This document shows positions 60,637 to 64,000 of a stretch of DNA of 64,000 nt, in pieces (within the stretch, counting starts at the first letter, position 1; every line of letters begins with the position of its first letter). The notes beneath the pieces are model-generated. The model was not told where the DNA came from. It searched no databases and worked only from the letters and a program-made list of their open reading frames with translations. The DNA lies in the NCBI GenBank assembly GCA_001643675.2, contig LSRY02000046.1, forward strand, positions 310,001-374,000. The letters are read 5' to 3'. Both the position numbers and the translations under genes were made by a program. The DNA is from Monocercomonoides exilis PA203 (lineage: Eukaryota > Protista > Preaxostyla).

Positions 60637-63600
60637 TCACCTTCCCAACATCCGCAGCAGCTGAGCTCTTATCTCGTCTGCAGTCAGCTGTGAAGCCGGC
60701 TGAGCAGGCTGTGCGTTTTGCAGCTGGGCAGATGCGGAATAAGAAGGAGGCAAAGAAGATGTTGCTGTGGTTGGATATGGAGAAGAAGAGGAAGAGAAGG
60801 AAGAAGGAGAAGAAGAGGGAGAAGTGTATTGAGAGATAGGAGTAATTGCTGCTGATGCTGCTGCTGGGCGTGGAGGTGGAGGAGGAAGAGGGCGAGAAGG
60901 AGCAAAAGCTGATGGGGCTGGTCCAACAGCACGAGAAGAAGACATTTGATATGCTGAGCTTGGAAGAGAAGCAGAAGCAGAATTAGCAATAGAATTGATG
61001 CTCATATTAGAATTGGGATGAGGATTAGAGCTGGGCATAGGTCTTTGAGAAGAGGCAGCAGCAGCGGCAGAGCTGATTTTGGCAAGAATTGCTTTGATTT
61101 GCTCTTCCTTCGACAGTTCAGAGGGAGAAGGAGGAGAAACAGAGTGGGAAGAATACATTTCGTGTGGACGGGAGTCGCTTCTGTACAGCTGGGATGGAAT
61201 GGAAGGAGGAGGGTAAGGAGAATGAGGGGCAGCAGAAGGAGAAGGGAAAGAAGAAGAAGAAGAAGATGATGATGATGATGAGAGAGGGAGAGGCTCAGAA
61301 GAGAGAGAAGGAGGAAGAGGAGGAGAGGAGCGGTATGGCTGCTGATAAGGCAGAGAAGGAGAATGACGCAGTGGCTGTGCAGATGGAAGAGAAGGGTGTT
61401 GAGGATAAGGCTCAAATGAAGAGTCAGGGAGAGGTGACGTGTAGCTGTGGGGTGGCTGCATTGCTGGTGGATAGAAAGAAGAAGAATCAGATGGATAAGA
61501 CTGATTGCGTGTATCAACATAATCATAAGGCATGTCTGGCTGCTGATAAGGGCGTGTGGAATATGGAAGCAGCTGAGGTTGTGTATAAGGCAGATGATAT
61601 GGCTGTGAAAGTGGCAGCGCTGAAGGCGGCTGCTGTTGCTGAATCATCTGTGCTTCATTCCACATGTTCTGAGGCGCTCCTATCCTCCACCCACTTCCGG
61701 TGTCTTCTGATACTTCCCTCATCTCTCTCACATCTCTCATCTCCCTCTCTCTCATCTGTCTCCAGTCATCTCTCCCTCTTTCCTCTCCTCTCCTCCACCC
61801 TCCTTCTCTCCTCTCATACTCCACTCCCCATCGGCCATCCATCTCTCTGTCTCTCTCTCTATCTCTATCCCTTTCTCCTCTTCTTCCCCACTCTCTTTCT
61901 CTCATTCTGCCTCTGTCTCTGAACCTCTCGTTGGGAGAACACACTTCTCCTCCTCCTCTTCTCTGTCTGTAATCTCTCTCTCTGAATCCTTCTCTATCAT
62001 TGCTGCTCCCTCTCTCATTCATCCACATCCTTTCTCTCCTTCTGTCTCCTTCAACATATCTTTCTCTATCTCTTTCTCTTTCTCTCTCTTCATATCCCTC
62101 CCTCTCACTCTCCCTCTCTCTAAACCTTTCTCTTTCTCTATCTCTTTCTCTTTCTCTCTCCTTCATCCTCTCCCACTCATTCTCCTTCTCCTTCCTCGTT
62201 GCCTCGTCTCTGATCCCCAAATGCATCTGTATCCCTCTCGCCAGCGGCTGAATGTCTCTCTTCCCTGCTCTTTCCTGATAGCCCTGCTGATTCTGCCCAG
62301 AATACCTTTGGTTCATCATCATCATCTGCTGTTGCTGCTGTTGTTGTTGATAGCGTGAATGAGGATACGAAGCATTCATTTGATATCCCTCGTCTCTGCT
62401 TGGATAGCGGGAGGATGAGTCAGAAGAAGAGCGATAGGGCGAGCCTCGAGGTGATTGGGAGTGTGAGTAGTTGGAAGAGTCTGGATAATGCGATGATTGA
62501 TTATTGTAGTTATTGTAGTTATTATAATATCCATCATTCCCACCACTTCCTCCTCCTCCTCCTCCTCCACTGAAGTTGCCCTTGTATCTGTCATTGCCCT
62601 GCCTTTCCAAATTCTTCTGCTGCGTGGCCACAGCATATGAATAGTAAGGTATCCCGTTCCTCACGCCGTGCCCTCTCCTCTCGTTCCATCCTTCTCCCCA
62701 CTTGCTGTGGAACAAGATGCGGCTGTGGTGCAACGTCGGCTCTGAACAGCCAAATAGCAGACTCGACCGATGCTGCTGCCTTGTGGATGCACCTGAAGCA
62801 CGCTGCCAGCTGTCTGAATGAGAAGAAGAAGAAGAAGAAGAAGAAGAAAACGATCCATTTGTGCTGAAAGAGAAAGAAGCCATGTCGCCCGGCTTGCACG
62901 ATGCACCAGGCACTTCCCAAGGGCGCCTCAGCTCTTCTCGCCAGATGACAGCCACGACACGCTGAGTGGATGAGGCGATGCTGTGGCAGCGGGTGAGGTC
63001 GCAGGAAGGGATGGGCATGCTGGGAACAATGCGGGTGCAGTAGAGGAGGCAGAGGGGGAGAGAAGAAGAGGAGGAGGAGGAGGAAGAAGATAACAATGGT
63101 TGTGAATGAAGCAGCTGTTGCTTCTTCTGTTCTTCTTCTTCTTCTTCGAGTTCTGCTTTTGCTTTCTCCAGTTCTTCCAATGTGACAAAATCTGCTTCCA
63201 TTGCTGAGTCATATTTGGGTTCTTCTGTGTTATTTGTACTGTCTGAATGATTGGATGGATCAGAGGAGGAGGAGGAAGAAGAAGAGGAAGAAGAAGTTGT
63301 ATTTTCTTCTGATGCTGTTTGTTTTAAAGGTTCAGGTATATCTTTGTTCTCTGATGAATCACTTTTATTGGCATCGCTATTATTACTCTTATTGCTGTCA
63401 TCGCCTTCACGATCGTCTTTGTTATGATTATTGTTATTGTTATCATTACCAAAACTCGGAGGCGGAGGCAGAGGGAATATAAATCCAGATGTTTGCGTAA
63501 AGTCCTGTCTCAGATGAACAAGATTGGAAAAGTTCACTTTGGAGTTGACTAATGATGCTTCACTTATTTCTTTTCCACATGCTTCAAATTTATCATCATT

Positions 63601-64000
63601 TTTATCTTCTTTTTTCTGTTCTCCTTCTTTCTCTCCTTCTTTTTCCCCTTCCTTTTCTTCTTTCTTTTCATTCTCTTCCTTCTTCTCTTCTTCTTTCTCT
63701 TCCTTCTTCTCTTTTCCCATCATTTCCTCCTTCATCTCCATCTCCTTCGGCAAATAGCACTCCATACACACCCTCCCCAACATCTCATACCTCTCCCTCT
63801 CTTCCTCTGTTGGCTCATAATACTCCACATCCCCTTTCCCTTTCCCTTTCCCACTCCCTTTCTGTCCATTCATATTCCCTTTCCCATCCTCAACTCCTCC
63901 TTTCCCTCTCTCTCTGTCCCTCTCCACACGCACAAACAACATCGTGTCTTCAATGCTATTCCTCCTCTGCTCTTCCCTCGTCATCCTCTTTCCTCTCCCT
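60637..64000 (-). CDS. Hypothetical low-complexity protein (RE/RD dipeptide, Q-, P/S/Y-rich); 5'-partial
   Basis: More than 1100 open codons run to the window edge. Short ordered segments (LCLLYCTRIVP, RVVAVIWREELRRPWEVPG, ILFHSKWGEGW) are split by low-complexity inserts. The composition is typical of nuclear RNA-processing factors, but no family was recognised. Confidence 0.65.
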   Translation of the reverse strand, partial: GRGKRMTREEQRRNSIEDTMLFVRVERDRERGKGGVEDGKGNMNGQKGSGKGKGKGDVEYYEPTEEERERYEMLGRVCMECYLPKEMEMKEEMMGKEKKEEKEEEKKEENEKKEEKEGEKEGEKEGEQKKEDKNDDKFEACGKEISEASLVNSKVNFSNLVHLRQDFTQTSGFIFPLPPPPSFGNDNNNNNHNKDDREGDDSNKSNNSDANKSDSSENKDIPEPLKQTASEENTTSSSSSSSSSSSDPSNHSDSTNNTEEPKYDSAMEADFVTLEELEKAKAELEEEEEEQKKQQLLHSQPLLSSSSSSSSSSLPLCLLYCTRIVPSMPIPSCDLTRCHSIASSTQRVVAVIWREELRRPWEVPGASCKPGDMASFSFSTNGSFSSSSSSSSSHSDSWQRASGASTRQQHRSSLLFGCSEPTLHHSRILFHSKWGEGWNERRGHGVRNGIPYYSYAVATQQKNLERQGNDRYKGNFSGGGGGGGSGGNDGYYNNYNNYNNQSSHYPDSSNYSHSQSPRGSPYRSSSDSSSRYPSRDEGYQMNASYPHSRYQQQQQQQQMMMMNQRYSGQNQQGYQERAGKRDIQPLARGIQMHLGIRDEATRKEKENEWERMKERERERDRERERFRERESEREGYEERERERDRERYVEGDRRRERMWMNERGSSNDREGFRERDYRQRRGGGEVCSPNERFRDRGRMREREWGRRGERDRDRERDREMDGRWGVEYERREGGWRRGEERGRDDWRQMREREMRDVREMREVSEDTGSGWRIGAPQNMWNEAQMIQQQQPPSALPLSQPYHLPYTQPQLLPYSTRPYQQPDMPYDYVDTRNQSYPSDSSSFYPPAMQPPHSYTSPLPDSSFEPYPQHPSLPSAQPLRHSPSLPYQQPYRSSPPLPPSLSSEPLPLSSSSSSSSSSSFPSPSAAPHSPYPPPSIPSQLYRSDSRPHEMYSSHSVSPPSPSELSKEEQIKAILAKISSAAAAASSQRPMPSSNPHPNSNMSINSIANSASASLPSSAYQMSSSRAVGPAPSAFAPSRPLPPPPPRPAAASAAITPISQYTSPSSSPSSFSSSSSPYPTTATSSLPPSYSASAQLQNAQPAQPASQLTADEIRAQLLRMLGR

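Overview
This is AT-rich eukaryotic genomic DNA with short GT-AG spliceosomal introns and the standard genetic code. Giant Gly/Cys-rich single-pass surface proteins, a receptor pseudokinase, poly-Ser and Glu/Lys low-complexity proteins and loose splice signals suggest an anaerobic metamonad protist, most like the oxymonad Monocercomonoides (inference). Genes in order: (1) a 5'-truncated giant surface protein; (2) a ~2330-aa spliced coiled-coil protein, possibly a TMF-like golgin; (3) a ~4100-aa intronless receptor pseudokinase; (4) a GC-rich island with an intron-containing prokaryote-type ferritin head-to-head (93 bp apart) with a spliced TRIC/TMEM38-like membrane protein that the ORF track misses; (5) a 3-RRM Ser-rich protein; (6) V-ATPase subunit d; (7) a Ser-rich hypothetical protein; (8) Trm10; (9) ribosomal protein uL6/L9; (10) a Pho80/Pcl-like cyclin; (11) a 5'-truncated low-complexity gene. 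Mobile DNA includes a dead ISXO2/Merlin transposase, a 1.54-kb TA-flanked element with ~440-bp terminal inverted repeats (TIRs), and a cluster of nested Tc1/mariner/pogo-type MITEs at 53.6-55.7 kb. The best leads are the ferritin/membrane-protein pair and the modular, possibly cassette-swapped surface-receptor family. All family calls come from motif recognition by eye; no database searches were run.
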